A stretch of 64,000 nt of DNA from NCBI GenBank assembly GCA_951406725.2, contig OX597817.1, positions 31,372,001 to 31,436,000 on the forward strand, given 5' to 3'. The DNA comes from Octopus vulgaris (lineage: Eukaryota). Shown here piece after piece: positions 24,184 to 39,643 of the stretch (positions are counted from its first letter, which is position 1; every line of letters begins with the position of its first letter). The translations under genes were made by a program, and so were the position numbers. Under the pieces are notes generated by a model that was not told the DNA's origin, searched no databases, and saw only the letters and a list, made by a program, of their open reading frames with translations.

Positions 24184-27100
24184 GTTTACGGACATTTTAC
24201 AGGTAAATCATAATTAAAATAACGTTTGGATAATGATCTAAACTACACCCCTTACCAATCCCTCCCACAAAAAGTAATTTCCCACTTTCTCATTGAAATT
24301 TCTAAACATCTCAATACATAAAATGCATTTCCCTTTGGAAAGGAATTCTATTATATATGATTTCAGATTTTAATTTCATCCGACAATCTTTGAATCTGTT
24401 AGGTAGTAAAAAAAGAAGGGCTGCATAAAGTAGGGAGCGCATGTCAGTCTCTTTTTGGTTACAGGGGTGTTTTAAAAGTGTCAAGCAATGATTGTACCCA
24501 CCATCACCTCCACTTCACACTTCGTACTGCCACTAACTCTTGGATTCATAAGTGCTTCTGTTTGAATTTACGCACGTTTTAAGTGTGTATGCGGGTATGC
24601 GTACATGTGTTTGTGTGGGGACGGGGGATAAGGTAGTAAGTAAGTGGTGGGGAGGAAGAAGGTGAACGAATGATGATACTTTGTTGAGAGTGTGGGTTGC
24701 AGAGATTCTTTAAAGAGATGAACATAAAATAAAAACCTTATATTTCATTATTCTGTAAATGATATTTAACGATAACAACGACGATGATAATAAGACAAAT
24801 AAAGTAAAATGAAATGAAGACGCAATTACTTAATCATATCCGGCGGATAAAGGAGCTGGTATGTTATTATATCGCATCGTGTCTGAGAAAAAGGAACGAT
24901 GTCATAAAAAGAAAATAACGAATATAAATGCAGGAAAACTGTGAGGTGACGCTTTTACATCATTTTACAGCTGCAAGGAATTACTACCACCAATAATTAT
25001 TTCAATTGACAAGGCACGAGGCCAAAGTTTGTAGTGAGACCCTACCATATCTGCATTTAGTGTACAGACTACTCCCCTGAGGTATTTTCTCACAGCCATA
25101 TCGTTGTAGAGGAAATGTATGGGGAATGGAATGGACCACATAGTGTGTTTAAGGAACACATTTCAATGATCCTGGAGGAAGGAAATATCAATATCTTTTT
25201 CAGCTACATTAGAACAAAAATAATTACCGAAAGTAAATACCATAAGGATTGCAATTCGAAGCTTTACTGTAAGTCATATATCCTTATTTTGGATATATTT
25301 TAACTAGGTTTAATTCAAAATGGATTTGATACCTTTAGTCTAAAGTTGTATAGTAGCCAGACATTTCCATCGTTCATTCTGCTCTAATAATTAAGCACAA
25401 GAGCATACATTTTTATGTCGGATTTCGATCGATCGATTTATTCCATTTAGTATACCACCACTAGTATTATAGGAAGTTGCTTGGCCATGGTGATTTTTTT
25501 AACATCGGTACAACACTACATAGTCTATGGGAGAGACAGTCTATTATACTGAGATATATTTTACTGGTATATATTTACTCGACCTCGGAAGAATGAATGG
25601 TAAGATCAGTCCCTGTGGAGCTTGTATTCACAACAAGAAAAAAGGCAATTAAATAAAGCAAGGCATTTTGCCGTTCCATCTACCGATCTATCAGTTTAAC
25701 AATTAATTCATTCCGTAAGATAAAATAATGTTGATGGTACTGGTTTATCGTCATAACACTTAATGATGCAAGAATAACAAATTATCATTCTTTCTTCCTC
25801 TCACTTAAGAATGCGTTGAAGTTGAAAAAAAAACGAACACTAAAAATAGATGCAAAGAATGCCACTATTTAAATAACAAAAACCGATGCAAAATAAATAA
25901 CTCTGTATAAAGTAGCGAATAATCGGCCAGAGTTAGCGATCGAGAAGTAGGACAAACCAACAAGGAGACACTATGTGTTTATTCTACATGCTAAAATGGC
26001 AGCCAAATCTTTCCCAAATCAAGTTGAGCTGTCTTTAAAAAGAACATATCAAGCTCCTAAATATACATTATGAATAAACGATAGGTGGGTTCGGCTAGAA
26101 TGCTTTGATAAGTGGTTTTCTGGATAAGGGCTGGCCTATGGCCAAACTGTAGCAACAACAAAAGTAGAAGTGATGTCAATTCCACATTTACTGATGGGGG
26201 CAGAAGCATAATGATACCTTAAACTGATTCATAGATATTAATAAACAATAAGAGGCTGATTATTTACGCATTGTTATAATTGTATGCAATTTTCTACGGT
26301 AGGTTAACATGTGAGTAGCTTGTCTCTTCTTTTACTCGTTATAGAATAAGGATGGCGGATACTTATTGAAAAACAAGAGGCGGATATCAGAGGAATATCA
26401 GTATTTTGGAATCAGAAATTAATTCAGATGTAGAGTATACAATGTCAGAATCGTATTCTTTCCATGTTATGAATTATAGGCCTCATAACTGTTGCCGAAA
26501 GATGTCCCTCCATATTACGCAACCAAGTAGAACAAACCTTAAAACATTATAGCACTCTGTTAAGGATAACAATTATAAAGATATAGAAAAAATGAATTTT
26601 CCTCACAAATAGCAAGAAAAATCGTTAAGAAACATGAGAAACATTATTACCATATCCACAAACGAGTTAAGTATATTCTATTATATCTGTATATTCTAAA
26701 TAGTACTGGTAAAATGGTGGTGATATTATAAGAAGGACATGCCAACAACCATCAATAAATATCCATAATGGGGTGAATTTTGCTATATTTACTGCATTTT
26801 ACTCCTTTTCCAAGTTTAAACGTGTTGTGGGATGCGCGTATTTGTGTCCGTGCGTTTTCATCGAGTTATATGAATTAATGAATAATGAGAGAACTCAGTT
26901 CATATGACGAGTGAAATTTTATTTATTTATGACTATAACATAACTATTTATGTGTATGCCACCTTAGATTTCGTCTCAAAAACAGGCCCTATGTATGAAT
27001 GAAGAAAAATCCAACATTCAGCAGGCCTGTCTAAAAAAGGAATAAATTTTTCAAAATGCTTTTAGTAAAGTCTCGCTTAAAATGAGAAGAAAATGTTTGA

Positions 27101-29299
27101 ACCAAGATCTGTAACTCTACATTATTTCAAACCACTCCAAAATTATCAAAACTGATCTTTAAAAAATCTCTAAATAGTAAGCCAACATTAAGTAAATATC
27201 CTTAATATTTAATCTGTGCATAGAGTCACCGTGTAAGCAGTGATAATGAATGAAATTTGGTGGTGGAATCACGCGCAGAAAATGTTAAATGTTCTTGGGC
27301 GATAGTCTTAATGTCGACATTACTACGTGGCCAATGGTACCTTTTGAAGAGTCAACTTTGTTGCAAGCATTTGAACAGGGCCTCCGATATCAAGAAAACT
27401 TCCTCGCTGACAAACTCGGGAGTCTTGAGAAAAGCTAGGGACGCTACTCTTCCTCTTGTAACTAAACAATTATAAAAACACCGGACGACGTTATATTTTA
27501 TGAAATAAGCAAATGAAAAACTATGACGTCTATACTTTTTTCAGGAACATTACTTACACTAGAGAAGTGAAATGTGTTTCTTACAGGAATCTTAATCTCG
27601 TTGTATTTGCGGCTAATCGGAGTTAATTGAAATATAATTCAGAGGCGCTACACGAACACGACGCTGATAGATATCCTATAATCTCTCCCGTTCGAACCTG
27701 CGACGTGATTTCTATTTTACCTGAACCACTTAACCTTTTTGACGTAGCTAATTCATTTCAGAAAGCATAAATGCTGCAAATTCGCCCTCCTCCTGCTCTC
27801 TTGGTTTAGAGGACTTTTCTGCCTAGTCAAACAAACCCAATAACTACGCCCTATATATTTCTAAACAGTAAAAGAAAAAAAGAGAGAAAGAAAACTAGCA
27901 GAAGCTACTATTACTACATTAACAGACTGACATTTGTAATCGGAGAATCAATTGGACTAATTACGACTCTTACTTCCGTTTTCCGAAACGGAATTGTATA
28001 TTGATATTTCATTACATATCAGCTTGTTCTTAGTTTTGGTTACCAAAAGGAAAAGGATATTTTTATTTTGCTTTCACAACTTTGAGTCAATGTTTTGCAG
28101 TGTGTATGTGTGTGTATGTTTTTATTTATGTACGTATGGATGTATAAAGAGAAAGAGCAATGATAGTGTGTGTGCATGAGTATGTGTGTATATGCATGTG
28201 TGAATGTGTGTGTAATCATGACACTAAGGTTCTTGATATGCACATGTCGAGCTAGTAGCTGCACCTACCATATGAAGAAAAATACATCGTCGAAGTAGCA
28301 GAAATAATTTAGCTTTGATGCTAGGTTCCACAATGTGTTGCCGTATGGAAGCAGTGAATTTCTACAAAAAGGATAGTTTTAATGGTCAATTTAGAACTGT
28401 GATATTACTTGAAGCAATTGAGGCAATTATAAATACGGCTTTAAATTTCCGGATTCCGTTTCTCTATATACACTTATTCTACACTTAACTGCTTTACAGA
28501 CACTTCTGCATTGCAAAGTAGCATAACGCTAAAATTGTCCACGTGCCAAATGGAGAGCATCTACTTGGTCGTTTGATCTCGTAGAAATACCAACTAAATC
28601 TCCCTCAAATCAAAACCCTTGCACTTATATAAGAAAGGCTAAATTTGATAATGTACTCCTGCAGACCCATATACAGCCATAGTGATTACGACTGAAATAC
28701 CTTATATATTTCTACCAAATCAGGGTCAAACAATAGCAACTACTGTAATTCAACACTGTCATTCATGAATATTTGATTTATTTCTATGCTTCCAAACTTG
28801 CTTCAAGCAAGCGTTAGAGCAACAGCAACAACTGACCCGGTTACTTACTCCTACCTTCTTCTAGTGTTGAGTGTTATCAGAAGTTATATGAGAAGAAAAT
28901 TTTAGCAACAGTAACGGTTTTTTTTTTATATCATTGTTTGATTTTACGGACGAATATATCGACCATAAAATATGTTCCATAAATGTCCGTGTATTTCATT
29001 TTTAGGCGATGCTAATCATCAAAAAAGAATACACAAAACAAAAATTTTGTGATCAAAGAACTGAATATGGTTGATTGAATCAACACCAATATGTGGCTGG
29101 AGCAGGTACTTATTTTATCAATACTCGATAAATAAAATGGAAAGTAGATTCCCGAAGAACGTAAGTAAAAAATAGAATTTCAGGACTTCTACATTCTGAA
29201 GAACAAAGGCTACCTTTGCGCAGCTAAAACTCAAAATGGGAGTCCCAAAAGTAAATGCTCCAGAGCATTTAACTAAACACTACTGTGTTATCTCATGTC

Positions 29300-29593
<294 letters not shown>

Positions 29594-30489
29594 CGAGGGC
29601 TGATCAAAAAGGTTTTCCGGACTGTTGTCATAGTAACGAAGCTAAAGCACGCAAGTAACGAAGCTAAAGCACGCAGAGTAAAACCGCTTGGCACAGAATA
29701 ACCTTCAACTCTGCTGTGCATGCGCACTAAGTTTTAACGTTCTGTTTACTGCAGTGCTTGAAAGTAAGGTGTGTAGCGTGTGATCGTCTCAGTGGTCATG
29801 ACAGAGAAAGTTGAGCAGAGAATCTGCATCAAATTTTGACAAAAGCTTGGCGACACATGCTCAGAGGCCAACGCTAAGTTTTCAAAAAAATTTTCCTTGT
29901 TCTCGACAGAATCAAGACCGTGTGCAACTGAAACCCGAGTGTCTTTTTGGTCAGCTGAAAGGAATTTTGGCAAAACTTGGCAGACACGCGTCTCATACCC
30001 AAGTCTTCAGTGATAATGGACTGAACTGAACTGTAACTAATCTGCACATCTTCTGATAACCCACGGGTGGTAATTCAACGATTTCTCCTCACAGTTGCAG
30101 GCACATCTGCGATGTTTTTCTCAGTTCTGCTGGTAGCGGGTCTCCCAGAACGTTCATCAATATCGACATTTATTCGGCTATCTTGGAAACTTCTGAACCA
30201 CTCACACACATGTGTGCGTCACATACACTCTTCTCCATACACTTTCTAAAACTTTGCGTAGGCCTCTGAGCAGGTATCGCCATAACAACTTTCTGTGTCA
30301 TGGTCAATACCACAATCACACGCTGCAAACCTTCCTTCGAAGAACTGCTGTAAACAGTGAGCTAGAACGTTAAAACTGTGTTTGCTTGCATAGCAGAGTT
30401 CAAGGTTAATCTGTGTCAAGCGGCTTCACTCTGCGTGCTTTAGCTTCGTTACTATGGCAACAGTCTGGATACTTATTGATGAGCCCTTG
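29594..30489. mobile_element. non-autonomous mariner derivative made of two inward-facing 5' ends
   Basis: TA|CGAGGGCTGATC terminus and inverse GATGAGCCCTTG; MTEKVEQRICIKF on plus; on minus KVYGEE..EWFRSF..DERSGRP..EDLGMRRVSAK (mariner HTH region). Confidence 0.85.
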
Positions 30490-31984
30490 TGTATATATAT
30501 ACATATATATATATATACATATAGCTCACACACGTAATGATTTTCCAGCATTAACAGAAAAGTACAAATGTACCAAGAACTTAGTCTTTGTAAGGAGAGT
30601 ACAATAGAATTGAACCTGATGTATATATTTTATCATTCACTGAAAGAATGAAAAGCAAAGTCATGGTATGATCTGAGAACGTGAAATATCTGTAATTTGA
30701 CTCTGCAAGGCTTTTAGACATTTTACAGTTTCTGCCACTCCTCTACTTTCACATTCATATACATAATTAATGAGACTAATTTTTCTACAAATCAAATAAA
30801 CACTTAGTTTAACAAATAAACATTTCAGAAGTTTCGTATAAGATTCTGTCATGGATAAGTATGGGTACATGCGGTACATATTTTAATCTTGTTTGCCTCA
30901 TTTTGGCAAATATATTCCTTTATGATACTAATTTTCTGGACTATTCAATTTAGATTACCATTTCCAAATAAAATGTTCCACCAAAAACTTGAAGCCAACA
31001 GTACTAGCAGCCTTATTCTGATTTATGTATTTAGTTGCGTCTGGTGTGTTTTATTGTCATAAAGAAGTCATAGGGTGAGATTAATGTTAATGTAATATTT
31101 GATTACAATTAGCATTTATTTCGGAATCAAGCTGAAAAAAATCAGTCTTTTACCTTTAAAGTAAAAAGGTTTTGATGAATCCTCCGAATGCATATTATTT
31201 CTGTTAAAATCAACCTATAACTCATGGAAAATGTTAGCTCCCTCTTATACACTCCCTCTAATATATATTTTTTACCTAAGTCTGAGCTAAAGAACCTCTT
31301 GGAACATAGCCTATGATCTCCTGGGTATCTAATAACACTCTCTCAGGACAGGGAAAGAAATAAGTCTGAAGTTAATTCAAGAGCAATAATTCGCCAACCC
31401 TTCTTTTTCTCAGAAGCAATAGATTTCAGATGCTCTTTTTCAAAAGGAGCGGATCTTTCAGACATGTTTACCTAGCGGTTAATAAATTTATCTTTTACAT
31501 CTTTGAAGTATGCCGTTTAACAATTTTCCTTTGAAATAAATTCCCAATGCATTCTGTGATAAATTTATTATTTTAAAGTATAATTATGTAAAAGTGCATG
31601 CCTCATCAAATACGTTGAATGCTCCATTCCATGAAATGAAAACAAATAACATGTAATACAAAACAAACAAACTCGACAGGAAATGAACTGATTATTGCGT
31701 AAGTGTATTGTGTTTTCTAGTTGGATATCAGAGAGCAAAAGTTGGCTCTTAAGACCAAAGGGGGAAATTGAAGACGAAAACAAGTAAAAGGAAAAGTAAA
31801 CGAAGAACATATATTTGTTTTTTTGATAAAACAACAAAAAAAATAAGAATGCAACTTGTATTGAGGGAAGGAAGGTGTGAAGAAAAGATGTGAGAAAGAG
31901 ATAAATAGAAAAAAAGTGTGAAAGAAAAGAATGATAAAATTAGTTCTGTGTAGATTGGCATGAAAGAAAATTAGAAAACAAACA

Positions 31985-31987
<3 letters not shown>

Positions 31988-32074
<87 letters not shown>

Positions 32075-32153
32075 TACATACATACATATATATATATATA
32101 CATACATACATACATATATATATATATATACATACATATATATATATATATAT

Positions 32154-32215
<62 letters not shown>

Positions 32216-32346
32216 TATATATATATACTAGTTCAATCAGAATGAATATTTAACATACTATTTCATTTTATTTTATTCAATATATATATATATAATATAT
32301 CATTATAAGATTGTAAATAAAACAAAATCAGACAAGGTTGGAATTC

Positions 32347-32436
<90 letters not shown>
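31988..32436. repeat. (TA)n-rich tracts
   Basis: direct reading. Confidence 0.9.
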
Positions 32437-32439
<3 letters not shown>

Positions 32440-33139
32440 GTTGCAATGATAGACGAAACAGTGGGAGACTAAAGTGGCAATGATGAAACTACTCTCCTTC
32501 GACAAACGACAAACATCTTATTATTTTAACTGAAGACAGATCGTTAACAACAAACTGCCACGATTACTTAGAGGTTTCCAATAAATAAAGGAAACGTACA
32601 CATATTGACGCATACATTTTGTGCGCATCTCTGTCCCCTTTTCCCTCCCCTCTCATTCTGTCTGTTTCTAGTTCTCTTTCTTTCTCTCTCTCTCTCTCTC
32701 TCTGTGGTGGTGGGGATTTAAACGCGTGTGAAATCTGTGTATATCCTTCTTTTTATAATACTATCCATGTATATGTATGTCTTGAAAGATTTGAGTTTTG
32801 CCTTTATTACAACTTAAGAAATTGTTATTGTACAGAATATGGAGTATAATATACAGTGCTTAAACATGCGTTATATTTGCAATTTTGATAAAACTATGAG
32901 ACAGATCGTTGCTTTTACATCTTTTTTATTGTCACTGTTTTTGCGGTTGTTGTAATTACTACAACTGACATTAATTTACAATTATTGTTTTTTGTTTTTT
33001 TTGTTTTTTTACTTCTTTCCTTTCTTGTTTTACTAGCTACAGGTATTCTTATCGCTTGCAAACTGTTGTTGGTTTTCATACTATTTATCATTTTTTCGAT
33101 GTATCTTGGCAATATTTCAACTGTTTCTTCTTTCCTTTA

Positions 33140-33185
33140 TTATTATTATCAACATTATTATTATCATTATCATTATTATTATTAC

Positions 33186-33239
<54 letters not shown>

Positions 33240-33272
33240 CATTATTATCATTATTATTATTATTATTATTAT

Positions 33273-33359
<87 letters not shown>

Positions 33360-33398
33360 CACTACCACTACTACTACTACTGTTGTTGTTGTTGTTGT
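33140..33398. repeat. (TTA)n(CTA)n(CCA)n(TTG)n compound trinucleotide repeat
   Basis: direct reading. Confidence 0.95.
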
Positions 33399-33861
33399 AG
33401 AGAAATCTGTTATTCTCGAAGTTACGACGTGCTTATTTGCTTTCTCAACCTTTGTTATTTACCGTATAGAATGAAAAAGAAACTGCGAGATGAACATAGA
33501 AACCTTTGACACCTAAGAAAAATATTGGAGTAACGAAGACGAATTTGAAGGCAGCTGTTGCCAGCGAATATATACAGAAATACATTTGAGTGCAGAGTAG
33601 AATAACTGAAATGTAAAATAATTAGGAAAAACTAATTTATGTCTATTGCTTCTTATTCTGTCAGACTCTTCGTCTGATAACTGTTAATTTAATTATTATT
33701 CACTTATTATTTTTAATTTAATTCTTAAAACATACATTACTCCTTCGAAATCTATACGATTGAATATATGTCCAAATTATATTTTTATTTTGGATACAAT
33801 CCCAGTTCTTGGTTGTTTAAAAAGCAGTAAATTTTAAATGGACATGTTATTTTAAAAGATA

Positions 33862-34255
33862 CTAGCAGTATCGCCCGGCGTTGCTCGGGTTTGTAAGGGA
33901 AATAACTATACAGCATTTTTAGAGAGTTATAGCCAAAAAATAGCAAAAAATGCATTAAAAATGGAAAAAATATGATGGTAAATTTTTTTTTAAATCGTTG
34001 ACTCATCGTAGACATTTTTAGAGAGTTAGTTCCCTTTAAAAAAATATGCATGAAAATGGAAAAAAAATGATGGTAAATTATTTTTAAAATCGTAGACTCA
34101 TCGTAGACAAGTGCTAATACCCAGAAGGGCTCGATATGAATCACGACTATAAGATACCCCCTTTTGGTTAAACTGCACCGCAAAATGTAGGAGTAGTTAG
34201 GAATCTAAATCGAAGGGGACAGACACTCACACAACTACAGTTTTATATATAAAGA
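33862..34255 (-). mobile_element. non-autonomous Helitron with internal duplication
   Basis: same termini as the 12496 and 22958 copies. Confidence 0.88.
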
Positions 34256-35084
34256 TTAGAATAAATTATCCTGGCCAGAATAGCGCCATTAATTCTGTTC
34301 TTCGATAATTTTTTTAAGGAAAAAAAATAACCAAATGCCAGAAAAATATAGGGAGTTCGTACAGTAATTCAGAAATACAGTTTTTGCAAAGTTTACTAGA
34401 AGTGACTCTAGTCGAAATTAAAAACCCAGCAGACGGCAAAAATGCTGTTATCAAAACAATGAGAGCATATCCACGAAAGCAAAACAACGATTTAGTTTCC
34501 TCATCTGCACCTTAGATTAATAGGTTACACGTAGTCTAGAGGGATTAAATATATTAGTAACTGATACACGTGGAAATCTTGCCCAAATCCGCCTGAAAAT
34601 ACTATAATAACAACAACAAAAATCATTCATCTACTATAATATGGGACTTATGAAAATTCTCCAAAATATAATGTAATTTAAAACCGTGTACATGTATATA
34701 TGACCTACTTCTGTGAGATAGAGGAAAATATAATTCACCTCCAGGACATATTACGAAGCAGGTTATTATAAAACTGTTGTGGTTGTCCACACGTAAAATA
34801 TTCATCTCCAGAAAATAATATTCTGCCTTAAAGCCATAACTTCTCTCACCAGAATATTCTGCAGTATAATACCAACACACGTTTAATATCACCACCTTAT
34901 AAAGTGATTATGTATTTTGCATTACTATATACAGTATAGTTACATACACTGTATAACTATTTGCTACGTACGCTTAGTTGTGTAATTTAATATGTAATAG
35001 CCTAGTTAACATTAACCCATCATATTCAAGTACTGGAGGTGCATAAGTCTGTTGAATTACATTCACACAAATTGCTATATAGGT

Positions 35085-35345
<261 letters not shown>

Positions 35346-35954
35346 CATACGAACACACAGACTGGTATGTATACATATACATAATATATATTCATCATTT
35401 AATGGACAATATATTAAAATAAGAACTACTATTAGTTTCTTGTCGAGAAGACACGTATCTAGACAGGTTTTTATAACGTGACTTGTGTCTCTAAGCAATC
35501 TTCGTTGAATCATTCTACAACAACAGGTTAATTCTGACTTCTACGTAACCCCAAATTTCTGTCTGTTCTTTCCTTTGCTTCTCCATTTTCATTCCCTTTT
35601 TTTGTCTTCTCATTCTACTTTTGGTATCACTCTTCTCGTTTTCCTCTCGCGCTTTCTCATAGGTGTACCAGTGCCCTGATTTTCAAATAGAACAAGCTAT
35701 GTGATCAGAGTCTAAAGATTGCTGGAAACACAAGGCATGTTATAAAAACGTGTCTAGCCACGTGTCTTCACGGCAACAAATTGTTAATAGCACTTATTTT
35801 AATACAGTGTATACTCACTGGATGGAGAATTTTTTTTTGCTGATCTTACCATAATGGAAACAGTAAACTAAATGATCTACGTGTGTGTGTGTATGTGTGT
35901 GTGAAGCGAGAGAGAGAGAGAGATTTATATAAATATATGTAGATGTATATATCA

Positions 35955-37010
35955 TATGCAACTTATTATAATGCTGCTCTAGCTAGGACTGGGTACCGTG
36001 AAAAAATTGAATATATACAAGAAGCAGACATACTCAACACTGATAATTCCTCCAATTGTACACCATCACAACGTCACGGTTTGAGAACTCACTCAGATAG
36101 AGAATACAGGCCAGGAAGAATTGGTCATGTCAATGAACTACCAATGAAAACTCATAGACACACACGAAATGATAATCCAACTGCTTGTTTCAATACTGTA
36201 CTGGATCAAATAAGCCTAACAACAGATATAGGAGGCAGGTTGTTCTCTTGTTGAACCTGATTTTCTGTTCGCATGTTTCAACCAAGATCGCTGGAAAATA
36301 TTTTGCTGCTTTGGACAAATATTTTTTTTACAAATCTAATCGGTTTCTTGCTATTTTTAATCGGCACACCGTAACGGTATCCTAGACCAACTCTGCTAAT
36401 TTAGAGCAGCTTAAGCATCGCATAAACAACAGCAAAATGTGACAAAAGTTCAATAACCCACCTATTGGATCTAGCGAAAATACGCATCTAAATACTAGCA
36501 AAGGTGATATAAACCGTAATGAATAATACCAATTATGGCCAAATCGTAACAGTAGAAATATTTATGATACAGTTACCACGGTAACAACATCGGTAAATGG
36601 AGTCGGGACTGCACTATATACAATTAAATACGATAAGTGCTCATACAGAGAAAAATCAAAATGTCCATTGATGAATCTCTGTATGAGTACAAATCTTGTA
36701 TATAAATGTTAACTTTGGCTGATTCATTTAAGAATGGTTATTGTAATCATGTTGCCACCTTTAAGACAATCAACATGAGACATTCAACATCTTTGGCCGA
36801 TTTTGTATGGCGACTGAAGGAGGATAATATGAAGTATAGCATAACTTGGTCCATAGTAAGGTACGCGAAAACATAAAATATAATTTCCAGAAGATGCCGT
36901 CTCTGCTCCGACGAATCCCTGTATATTCTGTGGACTGATGAGATCATTAATATACTTTCTGAAAGACTCTCGAGATGCCTACACGCATATAAATGTACTT
37001 TCGCACAAAG
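35955..37010 (+). mobile_element. Penelope-like element relic (RT C-terminus, linker, GIY-YIG region)
   Basis: YYNAALARTGY; FCSHVSTKIAGKYFAALDKYF..IFNRHTVTVS; KCPLMNLCMSTNLVYKC; FKNGYCNH..HSTSLADFVWRLK; RRCRLC, all matching PLE motifs, with stops and frameshifts. Confidence 0.8.
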
Positions 37011-37264
37011 CAGTAGGAATGAATATTGAGTAACTGTTAACATAATTTACTTTAAGGTATGGATGACTTAAATTTACTTCTAATCTCCTCATTATTACAA
37101 ACACCGAGTACATAGTTAACTCGTTTTGTGATCATGAGTTCACCAAACCTCACGTGTGCGTATGCTCACATTTTCGCGGATACTTGTACGAGCGAGTGCA
37201 CCTGCGCCATGCAGCTTACTCGAGGGCATTTATGCATCCATATTTGCTAACGGTTAGTTTTTAA

Positions 37265-37495
37265 GGCGGCGAGCTGGCAGAAACGTTAGCACACCGGGCG
37301 AAATGCTTAGCGGTATTTCGTCTGCCGTTACGTTGCGAGTTCAAATTCCGCCGAGGTTGACTTTGCTTTTCATCCTTTCGGGGTCGATAAATTAAGTACC
37401 AGTTACGCACTGGGGTCGATATAATCGACTTAATACCTATGTCTGTCCTTGTTTGTCCCCTCTATGTTTAGCCCCTTGTGGGTAATAAAGAAATA
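37265..37495 (+). mobile_element. SINE family B, single long unit
   Basis: full head; TSD GGTTA(G/T)TTTTTAA at 37252-37264 and 37496-37508. Confidence 0.92.
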
Positions 37496-37755
37496 GGTTA
37501 TTTTTTAATACTTTCCTTGCTGTATTGTGTGTTTTATTTTTGATCTTCTATGTAAATGAAGATATTTCATCCGTCTGGATGCTTTTCTTTCTACAAAACG
37601 GAAAGTTACATTGCAGAACTGTTATTTTAACGAGTTGTGTCTATTTATCACCCGATGTTTCTCATCGAGTGATAAATAGATGCTCCTGAACCAGTTATTG
37701 AATGTCCCATCTGTGAGGGATAGATGCTAGATTCCATCTTCCGTCTTTCATTTGC

Positions 37756-37798
<43 letters not shown>

Positions 37799-37799
37799 A

Positions 37800-37978
37800 T
37801 TATAATCTAGGTTATCTAAGAGACACGACCACGCTGGAAATAGCAGCCAAAACTTGATTCTAAAACCACATTAATATGGTTTTAGAGTCAATGTGGTTTT
37901 AATGTGCTATTTAGAGGAATGTGGTTTTAATGTGCTATTTCCAGCGTGGTGGTATCTCTTAGATACCCTAAATTATAA
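37800..37978. repeat. nested inverted repeats
   Basis: ~46-bp outer arms plus an inner TTGATTCTAAAACCA / TGGTTTTAGAGTCAA palindrome. Confidence 0.85.
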
Positions 37979-38066
37979 TTTGAATAATAATTATTAACTT
38001 TGAAGGTTTTTATTCCCATGCTGACCACCTGATAAGATAGGTATTTAAATAACGATCTTATCCTTA

Positions 38067-38116
<50 letters not shown>

Positions 38117-38222
38117 AAAATACATAGCGGCATACGTACACTTTGGTCTCTTATATGTAAGTATATATATTTTATATATATATATGCAGATACATATGTG
38201 TTTAAGTGTGTTTGTGTGTGTG

Positions 38223-38291
<69 letters not shown>

Positions 38292-38769
38292 GTGTGTGTG
38301 TTTGTCTGAGTGTGTGTGTTGTCTGAGTGTGTGTTGGTGTGTGTATGTCTTGCTTTACTAAGTGAGGAAAAAATCTAGATATGAAACTAGTTCTGCAAAG
38401 TACTTTATCCGACGTTCAAACGAAGTCTTCCAATGTCCAACTAATTACATCATGCTACATGAACCACAATCTGTCATAATGTGCTTTTCTTTTCGGCTTA
38501 TAACTGAAGGAGGCCAAATACCCGAAACGTAGAACGCTTTATTCTTAGTGTGAGCGATAGACTAACATTAGAATGTGTGTCTCCTTTTATAACGTTACTT
38601 CGTTTCATCTGTTCTTGAAACCTTTTCACTTCACGCACATATGCATAAACATACATACTCACACACACACACACATACATACACACAAACACACACAGAG
38701 GCAAAGAAAATGTTTTAAATTTTATAATCTACGTATTCGTATTGATTGTATTTGAACAAGCACACTGTA

Positions 38770-39643
38770 AGCATGTGTGGGCAAAATTTTTAGGGTGAGA
38801 GATGATGCCACCCTTTCTGCGTATCACTAAAATTTGCACGCCGATAGACTGCGCCAGTTCCTGGTTGTTATGCCTAGAGTGCAGAAGTTAAATGCGCATT
38901 CGTCGGATTTTCGTTTTCACCAAATACACGGAGCAGGGACATTGCATCAAGTTTCGTAAAAGCCTTGGTGATATTCAAGCTCAAACCATCCAGAAGATTC
39001 AGCAGGTCTTTGGTAATGATGTCATGGAAAAACCTCAGATCTTGGAGTGGTACAACCGCTTCAAACACCTCAATGGAGATCGAGGCACGCTCAGACAGGC
39101 CATCCACCAGCCGAAACGAAGAGCAGATTGAGAAGATTTGGCAAATGGCCATAGACGACCGTCGTGTAACAACCCAGGAAATTGCCCACGAAGTGGGAAT
39201 AAGCACAGGACCAGTGCAATCCATTTTAACGAAGGATTTGTGTATGCAGAGAGTGTCGGAGAAACTCGTTCCCCAAGGTGCTGGCAGAGTAACAGAAGCA
39301 ACTCCGCATGGAAATCACTCAGGATATGCATGGAAATCACTCAGGATGTGCCAACCTTCACCCAGAATTCATAAAGACTATCGTCACTCGTGATAACACA
39401 TGGGTTTTTGGTCTCAGCTCGATCCATTCGGTCATCATCCCCCGAGAAAACAAAAATCCGATGAGCGTGCGCTACGCAGCTATACTCTAGGCGTAACAGC
39501 CGGGAAGTGAAGTGGCCCACTGGAGCAAAAATATTCATACATGCGCAGGAAGGGTTGTGTCACATCCCACCCAAAAGATTTTATACACACGGCATTAGTT
39601 TTGGTGAGAAAAATACGGTTAGATGTTTCTTGAACTCACCTCG
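38770..39643 (+). mobile_element. mariner derivative: transposase N-terminal half between long inverted arms
   Basis: EQGHCIKF..EWYNRFK..RSDRPSTSRN..DRRVTTQEIAHEVGIS..FIKTIVTRDNTWVF; right end CACCTCG|TA. Confidence 0.85.

Noticed and set aside
24969-25081. Possible exon (TTTTACAG ... GAG|GTATTT)
   Set aside because: Stops in all three frames.
36934-36970. CTGATGA..GAAA
   Set aside because: Lies within the PLE coding relic and has no proper stems.
38503-38535. CTGAAGGAGG..CCCGAAACGT hammerhead-like string
   Set aside because: Core mismatch and no supporting stem I; at best a decayed relic.
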